Assembly: GCA_964035545.1 (NCBI GenBank)
Contig: OZ037768.1
Span: 1,178,001-1,242,000 of the forward strand
Length of the DNA stretch: 64,000 nt
Direction of reading: 5' to 3'
From: Bugula neritina
Taxonomy: Eukaryota; Animalia; Bryozoa
Shown here piece after piece: positions 52,701-63,502 of the stretch (its first letter is position 1; each line of letters starts with the position of its first letter). The translations under genes and the position numbers were made by a program. The notes under the pieces were generated by a model, which worked only from the letters and a program-made list of their open reading frames with translations, was not told the origin of the DNA and did no database searches.

Positions 52701-55700
52701 TAAGCATATTGGCTTTGAAAGCTCAGAGGAATGTTCAGCTTTTCTCTTGTTGGAAAATATATTAGATTGGTCAGTTCTCTTGCTAAAATATCTAATGTGT
52801 CTTTGAAGGTTTTGCTTGCTAGCAATCTAGAGATATAAAAAAGGCCAGCAAGTATTTGAAACTGTAAACCTTGACGCAGCTTCATTAAAGCCAATAAAAG
52901 TTCACCTTGTCTTGTTAACTTTTTTCGGAGAGTAAGAACTTTCATCTTCTGACATATAAATCTAAATAATATAGTAAATAAAGAAAGAAAATTAAATTAT
53001 GATTCAAATTATAATGTATGTGCTAAATAAATTTTGTGCTTAGTTTGTATTCATTCAGCAGTTTTTACCCTCTGGTAAGTAGCTTCAGTTATATTTTGCA
53101 ACAACTATGAAGTTCAAGAACTGCTAGCTGAAGGCTTGACCCAATATAGCACCATCCAAACAGAATGTAATGTGTGTCAACATGTGTTACATAATACTGT
53201 AACAGTACATGATTAGCTAGTTGTATGAATACATGCTTTGAATGAAGTCATGAGTTTAAACAAATACTGTGGACAAACAATTATTACTTTATTTTATAAT
53301 TATACTATAACTAATTCAAACCCATATTATTTCTAGAATAGCATTTAATAATGTTTGTGAATAAGTGAAACTAGTAACAAGTGTAAACCATTTTAGTTTT
53401 AAACACCTACTTAGTTTCAGCTAATAATTAGATTAGGAGGCCACTTTTATTAAGCTTTAAAATAACCAAGGAAAATTTAGGTTAAAAAAATTACTTTTTC
53501 TGGAGAAAGTGAGTCAATTTGTCCACAAATAGAAGACTGTTGCTTGTTTAAATAAAACCCTAAACTAGATAAGTCAAAGCATACAGATGACCATTGTGGT
53601 ATTTATGAATATCTTACATAAAACAACATCTTTAATAAAAAATGTATGAATGATACACTCACACTGCAACAAATTTAATTAAAATGACAGTTTTAATACA
53701 TATAAAATTTAATCAATGTGCAAATTTTAGCATAGTGAGACTTGCATTGTTTATTTGTAATAAACCATAGTATATCTTTGCAATAAGAAAATAATAATTT
53801 TCACCTTGCTAAAGAAAAGTATAGAAAACGTGTAGGTATTCCAGTATAAATTTTAGTTTGCTCATCTGTAGTGGTGAAAGTTTTTAAAAAATTTTACTTT
53901 TTTAATAGTTGCTTTTTGTTTTAACATGGAATTTGTTGAGCTTTTTCTTCCAACTTTTGATTTTCGACTATCAATAGAATGTGCAGATCATTTTTTCTGA
54001 GTAGTTGATGATTCTGGTAACTCAGTTACTTCTGATGAAGTCTGACTATGAGGATGGCTGTCAGATGAGTTCTGTTGCTTTATATCAGCTGACTCTGTTG
54101 AAGACGTTTTTTGTCCGTTTCCTACACATGTTTCATTAAAACCACTGTTTTTTGTGCGTCTTACATTATATGCTTTAGTGCGTTGGTAACCTAAATGGAG
54201 GGTTGGAGTTGAATTTTGCTCAGTGGGCTGACCATCCTTATGATTATGATAGTCTGCTGTGCTCTCTGTAATCTACAGCCACCATTGGTGACTGATGAAA
54301 TTTAGAATTTGAAGTAAAAATGTGTTATTTTTACCTGTGCCATTTTACTAGAAATCTATATCTAGCTTTTATATAATTATATTCTCGTAATTTTTCATCA
54401 TAGCAATGAATAAATTACATTGTTTCCACACTAATATTTCGTATATTTATAGTTTATTTGAAAGCTTACGTTGTTTATTGTGGATGCAGTTGACTGCTAT
54501 AGAAACTGACTACTATTTTCAAAATTTAAAAGGAAAACACATTCCTGGTGCAGAAGTGGCAGAATATGTAATACAATTTATTTCAAATTGAAAGTAAGAA
54601 ATGGGGTCATTTCAACATTCATAAGCTGCACATAAAAGCTTATGTGTATATTTATATGGTGTGGACTTGCTATTACTGCTAGCTACAATATTACCAGCAT
54701 GCATGGGTGATTGATTTAACTTCTTAGTAGTTCCCATGGCTTACATACAATAAAATTCCAGTTGAATAGAATATTTACTATTGTAAAGTACAAAACAAAT
54801 GACCAGAATATTTCATATGTTAAACAGAAATTTTGTAATACTACTGTGGATTGGCTACTGTACATTAGCTAGATGTAGGCGGAGCCTACACTACCCAGCC
54901 ATCCAGATGCATATACTAAAGGGCCATTCAAAAACCAGCCAATCAAAGTCATGTACCAAATTCACAGTGGTTTACTACAAGCTTTCAATGCTAAACAATA
55001 ACCCATTCAAGCTGCAACAACAAATAACTACTAAGCTGGCAGTTATGTAATAATTGGCCTTAAGTTGCAAAAGTGTACCAGGTCATTTTTTTGGACATGC
55101 AATTTTTAATTGCATTTTATAAACACTTAATTTAGACATTTTAAAAAATCATTTCAAGAGTCATCAATTTAGATATGAAATTAAATAATGCATTAAAAAA
55201 AAGTTGCATAACTAGCTTTTAGAAGTATGCATTTTGCAATTGAACTTGCAGAATTTTATACCAGTTACAATGGTAGAACATTGACCTGGTACACTTTGCT
55301 GATTGGCTGAGTTTTACATGGTCTATTCTGGGCCACACACAGAGCTACCTGGTTACATAACCAAGGTGTTGAGGTGTTGAGGTACATCTCTAATCCAATC
55401 ACATGGGATAAACATTTACATTACAGTGAAGTGTATAACAACAAACTGAACCCTCGTTTTCAATTAGCTAAACAAACAGCAGCTGAGTGCACAGGCATCT
55501 GGAGAGAACTCCTTACAAAGCTGCCTAAACATTTTCATCACACTTAAGGAACGGATGGGGGGAGACTTTATTTTAGAGAGAGATAACTCCTCATGCTACA
55601 ATATTCTGATGGCAGTCAAAGTGAGGAGAAGTGCAGCCATATTTGATCAAAGTTAATGCAGTTCAAAAATTATCACAAGAAACAAAGAATTAAGCTAAAA

Positions 55701-58700
55701 ATACCGAAAATATCAAGTTTAATACAGACTTCTCTTGAAATTTGAAGATAGAAATATAAGTCGACAAGTACCTGTCTATGAGTGCCAAGCACCAGCCTAT
55801 GAGTGACAAGTACATGCCTATGAGTGTCAAGTACATGCCTATGAGTGTCAAGTACATGCCTATGAGTGACAAGTACATGCCTATGAGTAGCAAGTACATG
55901 CCTATGAGTGTCAAGTACATGCCTATGAGTGTCAAGTACATGCCTATGAGTGTCAAGTACATGCCTATGAGTGACAAGTACATGCCTATGAGTGTCAAGT
56001 ACATGCCTATGAGTGTCAAGTACATGCCTATGAGTGTCAAGTACCTGTTTAGTAGAGCTTTTACTTGTCGAGGAAGCAGATGGACTTTCCGTGTCCAGCT
56101 TTCTGATGACACGCGAAGGACTTGGTCTCCTCATTTGTCTCAGAGGCGGGACTGGGGAGGTGGACCACTTCTTAGCCTTGGAACTTGAAGCACCAGCTGA
56201 CGTAGCAGCTGAAGCAGCAGCTGACGCAGAGCGGCTGTTTGAGGGTGATTGTTGAAGTTTACGTGTGGCGGGTGACGATCTGTAATACAGAAACTAAACG
56301 AAGTAGAGGATAGGGCCAAAGGCTAACACATTGAAGAAACTTCAATAGCCTAAGTTCTTTAAGTATTTTCATAAATTGTGGCTCTGAAATGGGTTGACAA
56401 TTCCGTGAAAATCCAACTTCTTTTTTGTGGCATTTCTCCACTATTGTACCTGCCAACAGCTATTGGAATACTCAGCTGTGTGATGGCAGCAATTAGCCTA
56501 TTCTATTCATTTCAGCTTACTAAAAACTAGCTAAACACTTGAACACAGTTTTATTATCACAGGCACAAACAAAATGATAGTCTAATAAAAACAACATTTT
56601 CAAATGATGTGAGACATACTTGGGAGCAGATGCAGGTGTAGGAGTTGCAGAGGCAGAAGGCTTTGGTTGAGGTTTGCTCTTCTTGAGCAACTCTTTGTGT
56701 AGTTTGTCTGCCTCGGCAGCTTTTCTCTTCCTCTGAATAAAAGAGAGTTGTGCATTGAAATAAGGAGTCAAACTTCACTTCACACTTGAAACGTAATATT
56801 TTAGAGCAGAACTGATATATATGACCAGCATAACAGGAAATAATTTTATTCACATTAGTACACAATGATCTCTAATTACCTCTTCCTGTCTAATCTGTTC
56901 TTGGTGGGCGGCTGACATTTTCTTAGAAGGAGCGATTTTCTTGGGCGGAGGTTCGGTGGCCTTGAGCAGAGATTTGTGTTTGAGGTGGGAGCTTTCTATC
57001 TTAGGCAGCACCTCGGGCTTGGCGCAGTTGCTGGATGAGGGGTCTAACGAGTTGGAACATTGCCAGCTGTCAGGAAAATCTTGGTAGAGGTAGTTTTTGT
57101 GATACGGGATGACTCGCCATTTCAAACATTTGTCTGGAGGGAAAGGGTAAAGCATCAGTTACTTGTATACCATACACACTCTGTACACTACACACTGTAA
57201 TACACTGTACACTACGCACTGTACACTACACACTGTACACTACACACTGTACACTATACACTGTATACTACACACTGTATACTACACACTGTACACTACA
57301 CACTGTACACTACACACTGTACACTACACACTGTATATTACACACTGTACACTACACACTGTAACACACTGTACACTATACACTGTATACTACATACTAA
57401 CCACACTGTTGCAGATGCTTCACTATCCTCGCCCTCCTAATCTTGTATTTCTCCTCCTCACTAGGGGGGCTCCTCCAGTCCTGGGAGTACCCCAGCTGCT
57501 GCCACCCCTTCACCAGACTGTGCTTCCACTCGTCCATCACCACCTCGTCCCAGTACTGCTGCATCGCCTGGTCCACGCACTTCTTCAGCTTCTTATACTC
57601 GGCGTGGTCGTTGAAGTCCTGCTTGTTGTGAGTGGGCAGCAGGCTACTTTTAGGAACACTGACTACGGCTATGATACCTCTGTATGTGCTGCAAGTAGAC
57701 TCTACCTAGTATAATATGATACCTCTGTATGTGCTGCAAGTAGACTATATCTATTATAATATGATACCTCTGTATGTGCTGCAAGTATACTCTATCTAGT
57801 ATAATATGATACCTCTGCATGTGCTGCAAGTAGACTCTATCTAGTATAATATGATATCTATGTATGCGCTGCAAGTATACTCTACCTAGTATAATATGAC
57901 ACCTCTGTATGTGCTGCAAGTAGACTCTACCTAGTATAATATGATACCTCTGTATGTGCTGCAAGTAGACTATATCTATTATAATATGATACCTCTGTAT
58001 GTGCTGCAAGTATACTCTATCTAGTATAATATGATACCTCTGCATGTGCTGCAAGTAGACTATATCTAATATAACATGATATCTATGTATGTGCTGCAAG
58101 TAGACTCTACCTAGTATAATATGATACCTCTGTATGCGCTGCAAGTAGACTCTATCTAGTATAATATGATATCTATGTATGCGCTGCAAGTATACTCTAC
58201 CTAGTATAATATGACACCTCTGTATGTGCTGCAAGTAGACTATATCTAGTATAATACAATAATATAATATAATAATACAGTACAACACAATAAAATATAA
58301 AAAACAAAAATATAACAAAATATTATACACTAATAATACCTCAGTTAATAATCCCTTATCTTAGTAACTTTACATCAAATATTAAATACAGACCACAGCT
58401 ACACATTTGCATGTAAGTACTCTATGTACAGTAAGTATAACTTACATTTCTTCTTTAGACTGCAGAGTGCCTTCTTTAACGTACATCTTTATAAGTCTGT
58501 CAGAGTTGTAGAAGAAGATACCGTCATGATATCTTTCATTGGCGTTCAAACCAAAGTGGAATTCTAGCTGCTCACTTTTTTTAGCTTGTCTGCAGTAGAA
58601 ACAACTTGGGCTATTTAGAGTTATGCTCTCTTAGGTTACTTATAGGAGAGACAACTTCAAACAGTAAGTTTATGCAGGTAAAGGGAAGAGAGATGTAGTG

Positions 58701-61700
58701 AAGAGAAGAGAGATGTAGTGAAGAGAAGAGAGATGTAGTGAAGAGAAGAGATGTGGTGAAGAGAAGAGAGATGTAGTGAAGAGAAGAGAGAAGTAGTGAA
58801 GAGAAGAGAGATGTAGTGAAGAGAAGAGAGATGTAGTGAAGAGAAGAGATGTAGTGAAGAGAAGAGAGGTGTAGTGAAGAGAAGAGATGTAGTGAAGAGA
58901 AGAGAGATGTAGTGAAGAGAAGAGAGGTGTGGTGAAGAGAAGAGAGATGTAGTGAAGAGAAGAGAGATGTAGTGAAGAGAAGAGAGGTGTGGTGAAGAGA
59001 AGAGAGATGTAGTGAAGAGAAGAGAGATGTGGTGAAGAGAAGAGAGATGTAGTGAAGAGAAGAGAGATGTAGTGAAGAGAAGAGAGATGTAGTGAAGAGA
59101 AGAGAGATGTAGTGAAGAGAAGAGAGATGTAGTGAAGAGAAGAGATGTAGTGAAGAGAAGAGAGATGTGGTGAAGAGAAGAGAGATGTAGTGAAGAGAAG
59201 AGAGATGTAGTGAAGAGAAGAGAGATGTAGTGAAGAGAAGAGAGATGTAGTGAAGAGAAGAGAGATGTAGTGAAGAGAAGAGAGATGTAGTGAAGAGAAG
59301 AGAGATGTAGTGAAGAGAAGAGAGATGTAGTGAAGAGAAGAGAGATGTAGTGAAGGGAAGAGAGATGTAGTGAAGAGAAGAGAGATGTAGTGAAGAGAAG
59401 AGAGATGTAGTGAAGAGAAGAGAGATGTAGTGAAGAGAAGAGAGATGTGGTGAAGAGAAGAGATGTGGTGAAGAGAAGAGATGTAGTGAAGAGAAGAGAG
59501 ATGTGGTGAAGAGAAGAGAGATGTGGTGAAGAAAAAGGGGGGACAACTCACTTCTTTCTGAGCTCCATGATGCCTTGGCGCTCTGCCAACTGCTGCTGGT
59601 GCTCAGCCTCCACATTCTGCAGTCTCCGCACCTGCATCATGACATTTCTGTTGGCAACATTGGAGCTGTTCTTGCTTATGGTGCTGTCGTAATATAGCAG
59701 TAATATAGTAGTAATATAGTAGTAATATAGCAGTAATATAGCAATAATATAGTCATAATATAGCAGTAATATAGTAGTAATATAATATCAATATAATAGT
59801 AATATAGTCATAATATAGCAGTAATATAATAGTAATATAGTCATAATATAGCAGTAATATAGTAGCAATATAATAGTAATATAGTAGTAATATGGTAGTA
59901 ATATAGCAGTAATATAGTAGTAATATAGTAGTAATATAGTAATATAATAGTAATATAGTAGCAATATAATAGTAATATAGTAGTAATATGGTAGTAATAT
60001 AGCAGTAATATAGTAGTAATATAATAGTAATATAGTTGTAATATAGTAGTAATATAGTAGCAATATAGCAGTAATATAGTAGTAATATAGTAGTAATACA
60101 GTAGTAATATAGCAGTAATATAGTAGTAATATAGTAGTAATACAGTAGTAATACAGTAGTAATATAGTAGTAATATAGTAGTAATATAGTAGTAATATAG
60201 TAGTAATACAGTAGTAATATAGTAGTAATATAGTAGTAATATAGCAGTAATATACTGACAACAAGTAGAGAGGGTCTCACCTTATCTGTGACTGGATTTC
60301 CGTGAGCTTCCTCTTAGTTACCTCTATCTGTTTCTTGGCCTCGTTGATCTGCCTCTCGTTCTGGTTCTTGAAGCTCTTGTAGTTGACGAGGATACGCTTG
60401 GGGAGATACAGCGAGTAGGCGAGGAGTCGTGTCCTCACTCTCTTCTTCTGCAGAATGATCTTCATACGCGGCGACTTGTAGAGAATAGAGGCGTACGCTC
60501 TGAATGACCTCCTCTCTATCACATCATCATCCTCTGAACTACATAGTAGATAGAGAGAACGTACTGTAGAGGTTGAGCATTCACAATCAGCTCAGTTCTT
60601 CAACAGAAAACTCGAATGTGTTTTTTGCATAATGAAGACATGGTCAACCCACATCAGTGGTTCAAAGACTGCGTCTTATTTTGTTCTATGATAAAGGACA
60701 TGTGGATGGAGAGGTTACAGTAGCAACTCCTTTGGCACATTTAAGAGCTTTTATTTACAATATGGCTAACTTTATTATGTACACAGTACTTTATCCTTTG
60801 CAAGAAATGATTTTACTAAAAGCCTAGTAAATGAAAATTCATCAATAAGTGCCATCAACGTTAATCAAAGAACAGCCAAGTATAATGAAGAGCACCAATA
60901 TTTGGTTTTCTACCCAATAAAATACTACGCCTTTGCTAAAGAGAGGGAGAGACATACTTTTCATGGTCCAGTTGAACGGATGCCTTGATATCCACTGGGT
61001 CGGAAGAGAAGTCGAGCTCGAGTTCTCCGTTTGGAGTTGTACTCAAGTTGTAGATGATGACCAGAGTGCCCGAGTCTCCCTTAATACTGTTGAACTGTGA
61101 CAGGAGAGATGACTCCGTCTTGAATGGAGAGTACTTAGTGATGAGACTCACTTCTACCGAGTGCTACAAACAGACAGACGACAATACCACTTACAGCTGG
61201 TGCATACAGAGTATACCCACAAGCTGGTGAATACAAAAGATATTACACTTGGCACGTGATGTGTCAACACATGATGTGTCAACACATGATGTGTTGACAC
61301 GTGATGTGTCAACAAATGAGCTGTTCACAGGACACGCAGACCACACCCACCTTTTTCCTGTCCGATCCCACCATAGTCTTAGTGGACGCATGAAATGACG
61401 GAACTGGAACTTTAATCTACAATAAAGTTTAAAAGAAATTGTAAATGTTTTCTCTTGCTTTCATAAATGGCAGCCGTTGGTAGATTAGCTGTGTGTAATA
61501 GACCGTGCCAAGCTCAGCCAATCAGAGGCATGTACCAAGTTGAATGTCTCATCATTGTAACTTGTATACAATTCTCTAAGATCATGCAGCATGCATGTGT
61601 CTTAAACTATTTGTACATTATTTTATTTCATATCTTGAATTTATGAGCTTTTCATTATCAGTATTCATAAATCAAATGTTTAGTATTCATAAATCAAATG

Positions 61701-63496
61701 TTTAAAAATGCAATTAACATTTATGTCTTCAAATAAACCCTGCCCGAGTTTACCACGAAACCAGCTGTTCCACAAACGCACAGTCTTGTGGTTTATTACA
61801 GATACAACACAGTTCCTTGACCCTGTTGGGTGATGATGTAATATTAGAACTCTGAATAGAATAATTAAGTAATCCATATCTTGTTTGTAGATGGGTTGTC
61901 ACTAACAATTAGCATTGTACAAGCTTATATTTGCTGAAAGATTATGGGCCACATATTACAATGCCAGATTATGGCAGCATTGCAGTAGTTTCTGGTAGCT
62001 GGTAGGATTACTTTACAAATTTACTAAAACATTATATAGATATGCTGCTACAGAAAGACACATCTACTTCAAATCATTCAGACACAAGTACAATCATACA
62101 AAGTGTTTGCTTTTGACATTAAACAAGTAAAAGCTCTGGAAATTCACTTTATTGTCTGAGCAATTCCAGCTTTAAATGACAAAGTTTAGAGTTTTAAACA
62201 AACATTTTGTGCATAATATTTAGCAGCTTTAATAAAGCATTGCCCTAAAAAAAACCCTACAAAGCTACTCATTTTGCTTAGAAGCAAGACCTGTCTAACT
62301 CCCATGTTACTTCATGCTTTAAGAGTCACTTTGCCAAGCATAGCCTGTGTTACACAGCATAGCCCGGGTACCTACCTGTGTTACACAGCATAGCCCGTGT
62401 ACCTACCTGTGTTACACAGCATAGCCTGTGTACCTACCTGTGTTACACAGCATAGCCCGTGTACCTACCTGTGTTACACAGCATAGCCTGTGTACCTACC
62501 TGTGTTACACAGCATAGCCTGTGTACCTACCTGTGTTACACAGCATAGCCTGTGTACCTACCTGTGTTACACAGCATAGCCTGTGTACCTACCTGTGTTA
62601 CACAGCATAGCCTGTGTACCTACCTGTGTTACACTCTCTGCCTCATAGAAAGTCCTGCTGATCATAAGGCATGTAAGAACTCCGTCTTTCTTAGTGAAGA
62701 GGATCATATCCTTGCCGAGGCGCATGGAGCCCGACTTGAGTCCGTTACCATACATGCCAATAGGTTCCTCCTGGTCGGTCTTCCGACTCGACCCAAACAC
62801 TATCACGCTCTCAGCTTCCTCTGTCATCACAATGATTAATTTAATATTTTCAAGCAAAAATTAAAAAACTTACATCAAAATCTAACATAGCCAACATAAA
62901 ATAAACACTCAACCATTGCAAAGTATAGCTCAGCACTAAACTGCTAAATCAACATACGATACAAGATCTGCACCAGATGCTCTGGACGCTTGGAGTAACA
63001 CGAGACACAAACCTTTGGACATGCCACAGCCATCATCCTTGAAACAGAGCATTGGTCCACCTGAACCATCTTCACTTTCCTCTACAAACACCGATAACCA
63101 TGGTATAATATAATATATTATATAATGTATTATATTATATAATATACTACATAATATAATATAATTTGTAATATAATATAATACAATATAATGACAAATA
63201 ACACTTTACTATCCTATTAAATAGTCCGAGATGAGATTTACCAGATGTACCTAGCAGAAAAACAAGTGGACTGTAAAAATATGCTTCATTACGCAGAAGG
63301 GCAAAAATGTCAAATGAAGGAATCACAGAAAAGAAAATTTCTTTAGTAAGTTTTTAAGTAATTTCACACTTCATAGATTTTACAGACAGCAGCAGCTGAA
63401 TGCTGACCTGTATAAATCTCTAGAGTCTTTGATCCGGCATCACGAGCATTGTCTACGAGTTCTGCCATGGCTCCAAATATAAAGCTGTGAGTAGTT
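46764..63496 (-). CDS. MORC2: MORC family CW-type zinc finger ATPase (MORC2-like), first exon(s) beyond the window end
   Basis: Minus-strand exons 63496-63408, 63081-63013, 62820-62624, 61416-61351, 61163-60958, 60538-60281, 59683-59552, 58589-58446, 57688-57402, 57133-56880, 56732-56620, 56279-56045, 50927-50838, 50652-50575, 50053-49962, 49609-49538, 47849-47798, 47691-47579, 47408-47294, 47131-46952, 46841-46764. GHKL motifs [46 protein letters not shown]. Also [20 protein letters not shown], a coiled-coil insertion, [10 protein letters not shown] finger QCDKCLKWR...WQC...C, a Tudor/chromo-like segment ([13 protein letters not shown]) and a C-terminal coiled coil. Confidence 0.92.
47432..47580 (-). 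repeat. 26-29-bp donor-spanning tandem repeat, 6 copies
   Basis: Minus strand GT|GTAAGTA repeated; fills most of the 170-bp intron 47409-47578. Confidence 0.85.
49803..49909. repeat. 20-bp intronic minisatellite (TTTATACTGTAGATTACCAC)
   Basis: About 5 copies near the MORC donor at 49961. Confidence 0.9.
51161..55324 (-). mobile_element. Defective PIF/Harbinger-superfamily DNA transposon (ISL2EU-like) with ~1.07-kb inverted arms, inside a MORC intron
   Basis: Termini AGACCATGTAAAACTCAGCCAATCAGC...GCTGATTGGCTGAGTTTTACATGGTCT, flanked by AT on both sides (51159-60 and 55325-26), consistent with the 2-bp AT target duplication of ISL2EU elements. Arms are 51161-52230 and 54245-55324. A DDE_Tnp_4-type transposase remnant lies inside. 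Confidence 0.88.
52170..54244 (-). pseudogene. Harbinger/ISL2EU-type transposase pseudogene (truncated THAP-like tail, HTH, DDE)
   Basis: ORF 52262-52945 has [12 protein letters not shown] (HTH), IIDCTE, VMADRGF and RIHVERAI (DDE triad). A frameshift near 52262 separates the C-terminus [19 protein letters not shown]. Upstream fragments are [11 protein letters not shown] (~53840-53870) and [20 protein letters not shown] (~54185-54244, the end of a THAP-like domain), with frame disruptions. Confidence 0.85.
55765..56044 (-). repeat. 21-bp donor-derived tandem repeat, 13 copies
   Basis: Minus strand GTACTTGACACTCATAGGCAT starting at donor 56044; a second CAG|GTACTT at 55771. Confidence 0.93.
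57165..57398. repeat. 14-bp intronic minisatellite (TACACTACACACTG)
   Basis: Fills most of intron 57134-57401, starting at the donor. Confidence 0.9.
57671..58253 (-). repeat. 45-bp acceptor-spanning tandem repeat, ~13 copies
   Basis: Minus strand TACTTGCAG|CACATACAGAGGTATCATA; the last copy supplies the coding acceptor at 57688. Confidence 0.93.
58676..59531. repeat. 18-20-bp purine-rich minisatellite (GTAGTGAAGAGAAGAGAGAT), ~43 copies
   Basis: Fills most of intron 58590-59551. Confidence 0.95.
59689..60253. repeat. 11-bp minisatellite (TAGTAATATAG)
   Basis: Fills almost all of intron 59684-60280, up to the acceptor. Confidence 0.95.
61500..61720 (+). mobile_element. Diverged terminal fragment of a relative of the ISL2EU-like element
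   Basis: AT|AGACCGTGCCAAGCTCAGCCAATCAGAGGCATGTACCAAGTTGAATGTCTCATCATTGTAAC aligns by eye with the terminus at 51159-51220. I found no matching other end. Confidence 0.65.
62338..62633 (-). repeat. 31-bp donor-spanning tandem repeat, 9 donor copies
   Basis: Minus strand GTGTAACACAG|GTAGGTACACAGGCTATGCT; GT at 62623, 62592, 62561, 62530, 62499, 62468, 62437, 62406, 62375. Confidence 0.95.
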
Positions 63497-63502
63497 CTAC
63501 AA

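Noticed and set aside
51436-55050. Near-identical 83-aa ORFs at 51436-51687 (-) and 54799-55050 (+)
   Set aside because: They are a by-product of the inverted arm duplication and have no recognisable domain.
57163-60280. Long low-complexity ORFs ([31 protein letters not shown])
   Set aside because: These are translations of intronic arrays in non-coding frames.
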